From the NCBI GenBank assembly GCA_031835245.2, contig JAVKOQ020000062.1, positions 1 to 64,000 on the forward strand: a DNA stretch of 64,000 nt, written 5' to 3'. This DNA is from Balamuthia mandrillaris. Lineage: Eukaryota. The first letter of the stretch is position 1. Each line of letters starts with the position of its first letter. The position numbers and the translations under genes are program-made. The notes beneath the pieces are model-generated. The model did no database searches. It was not told the DNA's origin and was given only the letters and a program-made list of their open reading frames with translations. Of the stretch, positions 25,837 to 36,940 are shown piece by piece.

Positions 25837-27188
25837 TGGGTCTCCTCTCCTTCCTCCTCCACAATGTCAGACCAGTTGGCAGCACCATGATACTCCTCCT
25901 CAGCCAGCGCGATGCTTGAGAGTTCCAAAGAGCTGTCCAAGGCCACTGTTCCAACATTCTCCTCCTTTTCCTTCTTCTTCTCCATCTTTCTTTGCTCTTT
26001 AGGCTTCCACCGCGGTTTACCTTCATTCTTGGCTTCTTCAATTCGGGCTTTGCCCACCCACCAGCGGGTAAAAGCATACAGCCTGGCTCTTTCCGCAATA
26101 ATGTCTTCGGCAGCCTGGGCCGTCTCCAAAGTAACTCCCCAATGCTGCGTGCCATTCTTCTCTCCTACTTTCCACACTCCGCCGTGCTTGAGCCCCAGCT
26201 CGAAGATCCTCTCACTTACCTTTTCCTTCTTAAGGTCCTTACCGCTCACCACAATCGATCTGCCCTCCACCGCCCCTACCTTGGAGTAGGGACTGGCAAA
26301 GCCATACTTTGGTTTTACTGTAGACCAATAGTTCGGGTCGGTTACTGTATCTTTGGTCCACGGCCTCCTGTATATGTTGGAGTTATCCTGCCAACATATC
26401 CCTTGTTCCTTTGCCATTTCTTCCTTCCAGTATTCCAAGCTTGGCGCGCTGACCGTAGTTGCCGTTGGAGGGAAATTCCTTTCCGCAGTAATCATATCAC
26501 ACCGCGGAGCTGATCCGACCACCTCCGCGTAAGACCGTTGGAAACCCAGAGTAAGGCCGCCTTTGGTACTATTTGCACTTCCTTTTTCCACCATAAGATT
26601 ATTGATCTCCTTGTCGAGGGATTCAATCAGGTCCCTGAATCGTACAATCACTGCGAGTGAGAGTACGCCTGCCTCGGAGAGCTTACCACACTCGTGAGAA
26701 ACACGGCTAATACAATCAAACAGCAGCGCCACTTGACTATTGGTTCGCTCCTTAACGCCGGCTGCACTGACTGAGTCCGAATCAATCTTCCCCTTGGGCA
26801 CAACACTTGTCCCTTCCTCTCGGCGGGGCGAATCCGCTACCGAGTTACACTGATCCTCTGCCCCTCTGTCGTCCTCCTCCTTTTGGTTCACCCTGGGAGA
26901 AGGAATCTTGACTGTGGTAGTGTTCAGGTGCCCATACTTTTCCACCGCAAACTTGAACGCTTCCTCCAGAAACTGATTTAGCTTGTCCCCTTTGACAAAA
27001 CACTCGGGGATCTTTGTCTCTTTTTGCACAGCTTGCAAAGCGGGCTTCCACGAACGATTACCGTTTAGGGTCCCCAGTCTAAGACGTTCCTTCATGGCCA
27101 GATCCACCCATCGACGTAGGACCTGTTCCCTCTCCTGACTGTCAATCAATTCAGTGCTCTTGCGTGGCAGAGTCCTATTTTTCCGCAT
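25833..27188 (-). CDS. LINE ORF1 protein (451 aa; helical region, possible RRM-like C-terminal part)
   Basis: Long intronless ORF directly upstream of ORF2. Its TGA overlaps the ORF2 ATG (ATGA). Confidence 0.8.
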   Translation of the reverse strand: MRKNRTLPRKSTELIDSQEREQVLRRWVDLAMKERLRLGTLNGNRSWKPALQAVQKETKIPECFVKGDKLNQFLEEAFKFAVEKYGHLNTTTVKIPSPRVNQKEEDDRGAEDQCNSVADSPRREEGTSVVPKGKIDSDSVSAAGVKERTNSQVALLFDCISRVSHECGKLSEAGVLSLAVIVRFRDLIESLDKEINNLMVEKGSANSTKGGLTLGFQRSYAEVVGSAPRCDMITAERNFPPTATTVSAPSLEYWKEEMAKEQGICWQDNSNIYRRPWTKDTVTDPNYWSTVKPKYGFASPYSKVGAVEGRSIVVSGKDLKKEKVSERIFELGLKHGGVWKVGEKNGTQHWGVTLETAQAAEDIIAERARLYAFTRWWVGKARIEEAKNEGKPRWKPKEQRKMEKKKEKEENVGTVALDSSLELSSIALAEEEYHGAANWSDIVEEEGEETQ

Positions 27189-27221
27189 TTTTTCCTGCCT
27201 CGACTTTGTTCAAGAGCCCCA

Positions 27222-28946
27222 TGTAATTTAATGCATGAAAGAGAAAAGATAAGTGTTTGATTGTGTGTGTGTTTGTCCTCTGTGTTTTGTGAACTGCAAC
27301 CCGAGTGAAGAAAATGAAAGAGGAACCAATTTATAGTTAGGAAGGGAACCTAAGGGCCAGAGATCGAGGGTTTGTCAGCGGAATTGCCAATTCTCAATTT
27401 CTGAGCTTGAAGAAACTTCAAGGGAAAAGACTGGAAACAAGAAGTTGATCTTTGGTGTCAACAAGATTGATCAAAGAGATGACATTGGTTGTCAGCAGAA
27501 AAAGACCAAAGAAGAACAAGGAGAAAAGAGTTGATTATGTTGGCAGTTGCCAACATCAGTTCCTTCCTTGTTGAGAGGGTTTCTTACGCTTGAGCTTCCA
27601 ATAGTTGATGATGGGTTGTTGGTCACCAAAGTTCTCAGTTCCACCCAGGAATCGTATTTGGCAGAAAAACCTTTCCAACAGACGAGATACTTGTGGCGAT
27701 TAGGAGGACCTTTGTAATCAATGATGAAACGGACCTCCCAGCTCTTTTTTGAAGGGTCGGGGGATACTGGAGAGAAGGAACCGGGTGAGGAGTTGGGTGG
27801 ATCCATTTTCTTTAGAAGAGAAGGAGCAACAGTATCCGGAAGAAGATCACCGGTGGCATCTCGGAGTCGGTAAGTGCCATTGGGAGTGTGTTGACTGTGA
27901 AAGGGCCAAGGTATTTCGGATCGGTTTTGGATTCGGAACCGGAATTCGCAAGCATGACTGTGTCACCAGGAGCAAACAAAATGAGAGGAGCATTCTTGTT
28001 GAAGCGATCAGCTACTTGGTGATTATAGTTTTTCGTAGCAGTTGTGGAGGAGGGTCAAACAAGTGAACGAAGATCTTCAACTTGTTTACATCGTGCTTCA
28101 AGGGAAAGTGGAGTAGAAGGAGATGATGAGAAGTTCTCAGGTGGATTGACGGGTCGACTGAAGAAGAGTTCAAACGGAGAAGAGTTGTGGCGAGAAGAGG
28201 TGTGATTATTAAGACCTTTCTGCGTAGCTGGAAGAAACATAGACCAGTGGTTCCAATCACCATTGACTAGCTTGAAGAGCAGTGATTTAGCAAGCTTGAC
28301 ATGACTCTCAGCAGCTCCGTTAGCATGAGGATGGTAGGATGAGATGAAGCAATGATCAAAACCAGCGAGTTCCTTGAAGGAAGAAAGAATGTTGTTAACA
28401 AACTCAGTGCCATTGTCGGATTGAATGATCTTCAGAAAGCCAAAGTCACAAATGCTCTGGTAGAGGGCATGAGCAACAGAAAGAGCTGATCTGTTAAGAA
28501 GGGGTTGGAGCACGGTGAAGCGAGTAGCAATGTCAATGAGAACCATAATGTAGGAGAAACCATTCTCATCAGTAGGAAGAGGACCAAAGAGATCCAGTGC
28601 AATATGTTTGAAAGGAAAGGTTGTGGAGATCGTTTGAAGAGGGTGGAAGCCATTGAACATTGTTCCTTTCCTTCTTTCCTTCTATTTGTGTGTATCCTTT
28701 CTTATTATTGCATATGTGTAACAGTTATTTTTCTTTTCTTTTATTTGCACACATGAAAAGGTTTGAGGTTGGAGAGTGGCTTCTTGGTTTCTCAGTTCTA
28801 GGCTCAGGAAGGCTGGAGAAAGAGCTTTGAAATGGCTTGGTGTCGACATAAAAGATCGATGACGGCTGGCACAAGATCGTTGACAGAAAAGAAAGGAACA
28901 AAGAAAGAAACGAAGAAAGAGTTGGTTATGTTGGCAGTTACCAACA
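27222..28946 (-). mobile_element. Deleted Ty3/gypsy chromovirus-like element (family B): partial 5' LTR 28757-28946, integrase + chromodomain 27570-28660, 3' LTR 27222-27555
   Basis: HIALDLFGP...IQSDNGTEF...HPHANGAAESHV integrase core and chromodomain WEVRFIIDYKGP...YLVCWKGFSAKYDSWV. A purine tract precedes TGTTGGCAACTGCCAACA...TTACA. A second LTR start TGTTGGTAACTGCCAACA lies at 28946. Confidence 0.88.
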
Positions 28947-29430
28947 TGCACATGTGTGCGCCCTTCCTTACTTTTCTTTGATTTGTGTACATGTGCACAC
29001 TTCCTACCTTGCTTTCCTTTGATTTGCACACATGTGCACATTTCCTTGCTTTCCCTCAATTTGTGCACCCATGCCCACTTCCTTCCTTGCTTTCCTTCTA
29101 TTTGCATGTGTGTGTGCTTCCTTTCTTTTCTTCTTTTCCTTTGATTTGCACACACCTGCGCACTTCCTTCCTTGCTTTCCCTCGATTTGCACACACATGT
29201 GCACTTCCTTCCTTGCTTTCCCTTGATTTGCGCACACATGCACACTTCCTTCTTCCTTCTGTTTGCACAAATGCGCACTTTCTTTCCTTCCTTTCCTTCT
29301 ATTTGCATGTGTGTGTGCTTACTTTCTTTTCTTCTTTTCCTTTGATTTGTGCATGTGTACACACTTGCTTTCTTTCCTTCTTTTCCTTTGATTTGTGTAT
29401 GTATACACTTCCTTCCTTTCCTTCTCCTTG
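28947..29430 (+). repeat. ~40-bp minisatellite (about a dozen degenerate units; related units also at 28662-28757)
   Basis: Unit approximately ttgatttgcacacatgtgcacacttccttccttgctttccc. Confidence 0.9.
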
Positions 29431-31029
29431 CTTGTGCTTATTAGTTCATATTTTTTCCATACACCTCTAGTAACAGAGTTCTTACCTTTTCCAATACTGG
29501 TAAGGAAGGTAACAGTCCAACCTTGTTCAACATAATAATTTTTGTCAACCACTGCATGTGCTCCTTTTCATGCTCAATTAATATACTACAACAGGTATTG
29601 CTGCCTAGGCAAAGATATTCCTTATTTTGAACATTCAATGACATGTCCATTGGAAGCCTAGCCAAGATATTAGTAGCATACTGTTTATGCCACTGGCATC
29701 AAAGGCATTGGCTAAAATAAGTCCTTCAAGTAAAAGAAAAGAAAAAGTAAGATGTGAAAGAGAAAAAGACTGTTGAGAATTACTCTCAACATATTAGCTC
29801 CATTGACCCGTTCCCTTCCTTTTCATCCTGTTGACATCTGTGATGTAGACCAATTGCCTGCTGTCACATTATTAGGCTTCTTCCTTTTATTCCATTGCTT
29901 CCTTTTCTCTTTTTTCTCACCACTTTTCCCTTTTAACACCTTTTGTTCCCTTGTTTTCTCTTGAATAATATGTTTTGGCCTGTTTATTTATGTTATTTGC
30001 CCTATTTAATAAGACCAAGGAAGTGGACAAGTAAAAGAACAAGGACAAGCACATAGGAACAAAAAAGATAAAGATGCTGAAGAAAAGAAAAAAAAGGTGA
30101 ATAGCTTACAAAGCAAAGTTAGGAAACAAACTAATATATGAAAATAACCATTCTTACAAAAATTCTATGTAGCAATAAAGAGAAAAAACATCCATTTTAT
30201 AACACAGTTTGTGCTGTCATATTCAAGTTAAAAACATCCCTTAAACCTTTCATTTTAATGAGTTATCAGAACTTCTTCTACTTCTAAACAAATAGGGTTA
30301 CCATGTTATAAATCCATTCACTCACGAATATAACCTGTATTACTTCAATAGTCTCATAACTTGTAATCATCTATCATTAAATGCACCTTGCTTGTAAATA
30401 TGCTGTTCCATTGTTGTGGTAAGAACCCTTTCTTACTTTTTCTCATTCTCTTTCTCACTTTTTTTTTGTGTTCTATTTGTAACATACCCTGAATCAATCC
30501 AGTAGTCTCATAACTTGTGATAATTTATCAATGCACGTTGCTTATAAGCTGTTTATGAGAACTCATTGTTCACTATCAGGATATTATCCATAAGTTCTTT
30601 TCCTTTCTTTCTGTCACATCCCGTTGTGCTACCCTCACAATAGGTACCTTCTCTCTTTTTCTCTCACTCTTCCTCTCTCTCTCCCTCTCCCTCTTCCTCT
30701 CCCTTTTCCTCTTCTTCTCCCTTTCTCTCTCTCTTTCTCTCTCTCTTCCTCTCTCTCTCCCTCTCCCTTTTCCTTTATCCCTCTCCCTCTCCCTTTCCCT
30801 CTCTCTCTCCCTCTTCCTTTCCCTCTTCCTCTTTCTCTTTCTCTCTCTTTCTCCCTTTCCCTCTCTCTCATTCATCCATACAGCATTCAGCAGAACCTTT
30901 GGATACTATGAGATAGCTGTTGTTATGGCTTTTTTTCATTGGTACATCCCTTTTTATCCCTCTTGCCCTGCCTCCTGCCCAAAACTCCTTCCTTCTTCCT
31001 TCCTTCCCTGTGCTTAACTATCCAAGCAT

Positions 31030-32310
31030 GTAGGTTGAATTCAACCTCAAGAATGAAAGAGTTGGTGATGAGACATGAAGTGTATTCAAGAATAGAGAAA
31101 GGATAACAAAAGTGAATTTCCAATGTTGCTTCAAAATACACCAAGAAAAAGGGAAAAGAGAAAGGGAAAAGAAAGAAGATATAAAAATATAGCTTTAGGC
31201 ACAAGGAGTTTTGAATAAGTGTTAGTGATTTTACCAACAACATCCCTGGTCCCATTGGTGACTCGATGGCTGTTGATAGTCATTGGGGCACAGATAGGGT
31301 CGTTGGGTCCAGGCATATTGTCAGTGACAGTAATAGAGTTGAGAGCCTGTTGTGACTCACAGAACTCGTCATACTCCTCTTCATCTCCAATAGAGTCTTG
31401 CTGCTCAGTGGCAGGAGCGGGTGTGTTGCTCTGTTGTTGCGTAGAAGACATGGAGTTGAGGGAATGTGAGCTGGGAGAGGACTGGCGTGTGGTTATGTGT
31501 TTTGCAGTGTGCGCAAACAGCACCCATAGTGTGGAGTAACTGTGATTGCCTTTGAGGTGATTTGCTGTGGTTATCTTTCGAAGAAGGTTGGGGAAACTCT
31601 GTTTTGATGACTTCGACTTGATGTGAGGAAGAAGGGCTCGTCCAAAGAAGAAGGCTTTGAGGTAGTCGTAGAAGGTGTCAGAAAGACGATTACAGAGTAC
31701 AGAATACCGATCAATGAGTTGATGAATGCTTTCGCCAGGCTTCTGTTGAAACAACGCGACAGCCTCAATCGTTGTGGCCTTGATGTCTGGAAGGCAGTAG
31801 TGCCGATGGAAGAGGTCTTGGGCGACGTTCCATGGTTGGTCTTGTAGAGTGCTAATGGCCCAAAGACGTCCATCTCCAACAAGGGTGGTGACGAGGGCTT
31901 GCATCCATCTATCCTCAGGGTAGTTGTAGGCGTTAAGGTGATACTCCAGTTCTATGGTGTGAAGAGCGGGGTCCTGGTGCTTGCTGATGTCGAACTTAGG
32001 TAGTCCAGGGAGGAGAAGCAGCGGCAGCAGTGGTGTTGCATGTGGAAGAGTTGCCTAGTGTGGCTGAGGTGGATGCAAAGAACACAACAAAGTTGTCTAT
32101 ATGCTGTTGTAACCGTTCCATGGTCTTTGTAGTGTGTTCTGCGACTTCATCTAACTTGCGCTGTTCTTCTTCTCTGGCAACGCGTTCAGTCTCAGGACAG
32201 CTGAGGATGTCGAGCTCAAGTTGACAGGATTGTTGGAGCATCTGGGACGGATCCAACATGAGGAGTCTTGAGATAAGTGTTGGTGATTTTACCAACACCA
32301 CTTGGGTCCC
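31030..32310 (-). mobile_element. Degenerate Ty3/gypsy fragment (family C): gag and pre-protease region with LTR pieces
   Basis: YNYPEDRWMQALVTTLVGDGRLWA...FQQKPGESIHQLIDRY gag-like peptide. Shares SLNSM..TQQQSNTPA...EEYDEF..SQ.ALNSIT.TD.MP.PN.PIC with 19717-20030. LTR-start motif at 31219-31238 and 32277-32298. Confidence 0.75.
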
Positions 32311-32899
32311 AATGATGGCAAGGCATTGGTTATCAGCATTTGGCTTTGAGTGTCCAACACCTGCTATGGGAATGATGACTAGCAGCACAAGGCAGTAGCA
32401 GAAGTTTGGGACATTGTGTTTCCTACTTACAAGCACAGCATCCAGCTGCAAGATAGGACTACTAATTTTTTGATGAAGTTCTCTTAACTTGTTATTAGTC
32501 TTTATCTTTCCTTTTCCATTTTTCTCTTTTTTCCTAGTGGAATTTTACCCCTCAAGCAAGATTTTGTCTTTAGCTGAAGAAAGAAAAGAAGATGCCTTGA
32601 CACTAACTAATCCACGATTCCATGAGAATAAAGCATACAGGTTCTGGGTGGTGTCTGCAGGTACTCTAGCAATGTTATTGGAGTTACATAGCTGAGCTAA
32701 AAACTATGCACCATGGCTTTTTGTAAAACATGGCCCTTCATACAGCACAACACCTTTGCCATCAAACCATTTCATAGAGTAGTTGAGCCCATGCATTGAA
32801 GCTAGTGGAGCAAAATGTTATAAAGTAGCTTTATCAAGCCTTATCTTGTCCTCACCATGCAGTTCAACTAGTAACTTGAAAGGGAATATCTTTCAGATA

Positions 32900-33750
32900 A
32901 TACAAAATGCTGGTTCACTTGTTTGACAAGGAGTGGGAGTCTGAAGCAGATACTTGGAAGCACATGAAGCTTGCCAACCTACATGTCCCTTCCCTTTTAG
33001 CTGGTTTTGAGAAAATAAACGCTGCTTTTAACTGGATTGTCTCTACAGAAATGCCTTTGGCTCCTCTTGTTTTCCAGACTAAAACAGAAAAGGTCTTTAC
33101 TGGCCATGAATGGGATGCTCAAAAGGTATTGGAGTACATCTTTTGTCCTGTCTTGCAACAGTTAGTACATGATGAGAACAACCTTGTTTTGATCCTGAAA
33201 ATGGATGCTTTTCCTCTTGGTGGCCACAGTGCCTTTGCTGCAACTCTAACACTATATAACTTTAGTATTTTTTGTAAATATTAATCATTACATTTTCTTA
33301 TTAACCATGCTGATATCAATGACAAAGACTATGACTTAGTACACTATTTCCTTGGAAATAACCTTGCCTGGTTTGAAAGGATTTCTGCTATCTTCAAGTT
33401 TACATTGAAGCTTTAGGAAAAACAGTTGCTATTGAGTTAATGGTTTATGGTGATGAACCAATGTTGTAAACACTGATGGGTATTGTGCCAGTTTTTACAG
33501 AATGGATATGTAAACAATGTTTTCTTCAAAAGCATGGTTGCTTTCATTCTTTTGATTTCCCTTTTTATTAATACTGATTTTTTTAATAATCTTGTAAACT
33601 AGGTGAAGAGAATATTTGTTCACAAATGAAATAGTAACCATATTAAGTTATCATATGGCATACTTGGGCATAAACATCAATAATTTCCTCACTATCCTTC
33701 AGTCATTATGTATCATGTGTTTTGTGTTGATGTCATTTAATAAAAATACT
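32900..33750 (+). pseudogene. Decayed RAG1/Transib/Chapaev-like DDE transposase fragment
   Basis: LVLILKMDAFPLGG (first D candidate) and IELMVYGDEPML*TLMGIVPVFTEWICKQC (33431-33520), which resembles RAG1 [24 protein letters not shown]. Multiple stops. Confidence 0.4.
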
Positions 33751-33936
33751 TAATACAATCAAAAGTTTACCATTGTATAATACCACAGGAAAAAGATACA
33801 AGAGACTGGTTTTTACAAGAGAGTCCTAATGTGATTGCTAACTTTCAAAAGTGGTTTTGTAATAACAAAATACGTATTTATCCTCATATTTTATGAGGTA
33901 TTTCCTAGAAAAATATGGCAGTCCATTTGCTTTTTA

Positions 33937-36410
33937 GCAACCTTGAACAAGCAAAAGAGTTATGGCCCTACTCGACACCGGCGCTTCCTCTTCCGTTGTG
34001 GATCCTTCCCTTGTGGAACAGTTTCACCTTAAAACAGCCCGCACTCAACAGGATGTGGTTCTGGGAGATGATTCCTCTGCCTCTGTGTCTGCTGTTGCCT
34101 TCTATGTTTCCTGTGGCATGTGGTACTCAGAAGTTCTTCCACAACTTCCTCATTCTCAAGCTCTCCGGTTCTACTCAAGTGATCTTTGGCCAAGACATCC
34201 TTGATAGGATAGGCATTGGTCTGTTTGGAATTCCAGTCCGCTTCCCTGGCCCTAAGCCTTCAGCGCCAGACGATAAGAACGTCGCTTCTTCTGATAAGTA
34301 TGTGGAGTCTCCTTTGCCTCCAGAACTTCAAAAGGCCATTGTAGACCACATCAAGGACCTTCTTGAAGAGAACAGCTGTATTCCTTAAGGTCCTTCCTGT
34401 TTGCTTCCAGAAGGGACAATCCGTTTGGATACCAGAGATCATCCTCCAATATTCAAACATCAGTATCCTATACCAGAAGTCTGGCATTCCTCCATCAACA
34501 AGCAGCTTGAAGAGTGGTATCGCCACAAGGTTATTGTGGATGCTCCCATGGACTCGCCCTGGAACTCGCCCATTCTTTGTGTTCCTAAGAAGGATGCTAA
34601 CGGCAATTGGACTTTAGCCCATACCTGCATTGATCCACGAGCTATCAACTCTATCATTGTGGATATCCACTTCCACATTCCTGGTATCCTTGCTGTCATA
34701 GAATACGTGCTTGGCTTCCGTATCGCCAGCTCGCTAGATTTAGTGTGGAGCTTCATGCAGCTTCTAATCTTTGCGCCTCACCAGATCAAGCTCACCTTCA
34801 TCTGGTGAGGGAGCCGCTACTGCTTTCATGGAGCTCCCTTTGGGATGAAGATCGTTCTGGCAGCTATGCAGTGTCTCCTTGCTGCTGTGCTTAAGGACCT
34901 CGTTGACTGTGTCGCACACTATATTGATGATTGTCTCGTCTTTACTCTGCCTTTATTAATGAGCATGTTGAAAAGCTTCGCTTGGTTCTATGTGCCATCA
35001 ACAACGCTAGTCTCCATCTCCACATCAAGAAGTGTCATTTTGGCTTCTCACGGTTCTATCTGGTTGGATACATTGTCTCCAGCGAGGGCTATGCTCCTGA
35101 TCTGGATAAGCTTTCAGCCTTCAACAGCCTTCCTGTGCCTACTACTGGCAAGCAGTTGCAGTCTTATCTGGGCTTTGTCAACTTTCTGCGCAGCTTTGTG
35201 CCTTTATATTCTCGCCTAACTGCTCCGTTGGATGCCCTTTGCAATGTTCCAGATGTTTGACCCTTTTGGAATAAGAACTGCAATGAAGCTATCAGTGCCC
35301 TTTGTCAAATCCTCAGTTCCCCTCCGGTTCTGAGCAAGCTGGACCCCAGTCTTCCCTTCCTTGTTGGTACTGATGCTTCTCAATACGGTGTTGGTGCTGT
35401 GCTTTATCAAGAGTCTGCTGATGGTGTTCTGCTGCTACTGCCAGTGCCTTCTATGGGGTCATATGCGATTTTGGCTTTCCCAAGATTGTACAGTCAGACA
35501 ACAGCTCCAAGTTCGTGAACGAGACCATGGCCACTATCAAGGCTATCTTTGGCTTCGACCACAGATTTATTGCTGCCTATCACCCGCGAGCCAATGGTGC
35601 TGCTGAGGCCCATGTCAAGCTTGCCAAGCCTGCCCTAATGAAGTTGGTTTCTTCTAATTGGAGTCACTGGTCCATCTTCCTTCCAGCTGCCCAATTTGCG
35701 ATCAATCAAAGGCTGACCTCCAGGCATAAATCGACTCCCTTTGAGCTCTTTCTTGGACGCCCTGTCAACCTTCCGAGTGATTTTTCCAACGTGGAATCCG
35801 ATTCCCTTCTTGAGGCTGACCGCCTTGCACAAATTGCCAAGTTGCATTCTGTTGTCTGGCCTGCTGCTTCTGATGCTACCGACCTCTACAACCAGATTGT
35901 GTCTGTGACGCATGACTCTTCTGTTTCCTTGGTTGAATTCAAGCCAGGCGACACCGTTATGCCTTGTCATTCTGCTGCCACCTCCAAGATGGATCCGAAG
36001 TATTTCGGCCCCTTCTCCTTCAAGCGCAGAACCAAGAGTGGTGCATATATACTAGTGGATGTTACTGGCAATGAGTTGAAAGATTGTATTCCTCCTTCTC
36101 TTCTTAAGCTAGTTCCTCCTCTCCCTTCTGGTTCCTCAATACCTCTACCCTCTACTCCAGTTCTTCCTAATAAGACCGACTTGGAATCTCAAGCTATTCC
36201 CGATGGTTCTGATGATAATTCTGAGTTCGATGATGACTCCTCCAAGTCCTATGAAGTTAGCAAGGTGCTAGACCACCGTGGACCTGTCAACCGCCAAGAA
36301 TACAAGGTCAGATGGAAAGGCTACTCTCCTAAGTACGACCTCTGGATTCCAGTCAAGAACTTCAATGATCTTCGACCTGTCAACGCCTACCTCATTTGAA
36401 AAGGGGGTGA
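33937..36410 (+). mobile_element. Degenerate 5'-truncated copy of gypsy family A pol with internal deletion
   Basis: Co-linear with 38518-41860. Contains frameshifts and stops, and lacks the segment equivalent to ~40010-40855 (junction near 35428). Ends in PPT aagggggtga followed by the LTR at 36411. Confidence 0.92.
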
Positions 36411-36730
36411 TGTTGGAAAACTCCAATATAGTAGCTCTTCTCTTCTTTTTGCTGACTTCTCCTTCCTGCTATTGACCTGAGGAAACTTCTCATCTTCCCT
36501 TCTCCTTTTTTGATGTTTCCTTTTTTCTCTGTCTTCTGTTTTATGCTTTGCTCTTTTATGGATCTTTCTTCTAACTTAAATACTGCCTTTCCCTTGCTTC
36601 TTCTTCTTTTTCCTCTTGGGACAACTTACAACAAAACACAAGATACTTTACTATCACTTGTACTCTTCACTTTTAGTAAATTAAGTTCGGGTCTCGTACT
36701 TACTTTGTCTCCGCCATCATTCCCGTTCTT
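36411..36730 (+). repeat. 5' (shared middle) LTR of family A
   Basis: Starts TGTTGGAAAACTCCAA. The distal part from cttaaatactgcc to cccgttctt is almost identical to the 3' LTR, while the proximal part has diverged. Confidence 0.9.
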
Positions 36731-36940
36731 CAACTCCCTCGTATAGCGCGCTCCTTGGCTTACTGCTAAGGTCACTTCGCTATTCGTTGCGTTTTTGGCG
36801 CTTGTTTCAAGCCCTTCCTTACTCAGAACTTATCTGAGACACACTGTGGACTCAGCTACCGTGATATTAACCCGGTGTATTATATCAACCTTTGCTTTCG
36901 TTAAAGGAGTTATATATTATTGTTGGTAAGCCTCTCTACA

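Larger units (their letters stand above)
22302..27221 (-). mobile_element. Near full-length APE-RT non-LTR retrotransposon (LINE)
   Basis: ORF1 plus ORF2 (APE-RT-CCHC), and a 3' UTR ending aataaac...ttattactactact. The 5' end abuts an LTR at 27222. No TSD found. Confidence 0.95.

Noticed and set aside
28682..29470. Cys/His-rich repetitive ORFs, and a CRISPR-like look
   Set aside because: Tandem minisatellite without unique spacers, in a eukaryotic context with no cas genes.
29441..30570. Short ORFs and AT-rich sequence
   Set aside because: Probably decayed TE sequence, but no motif I can support.
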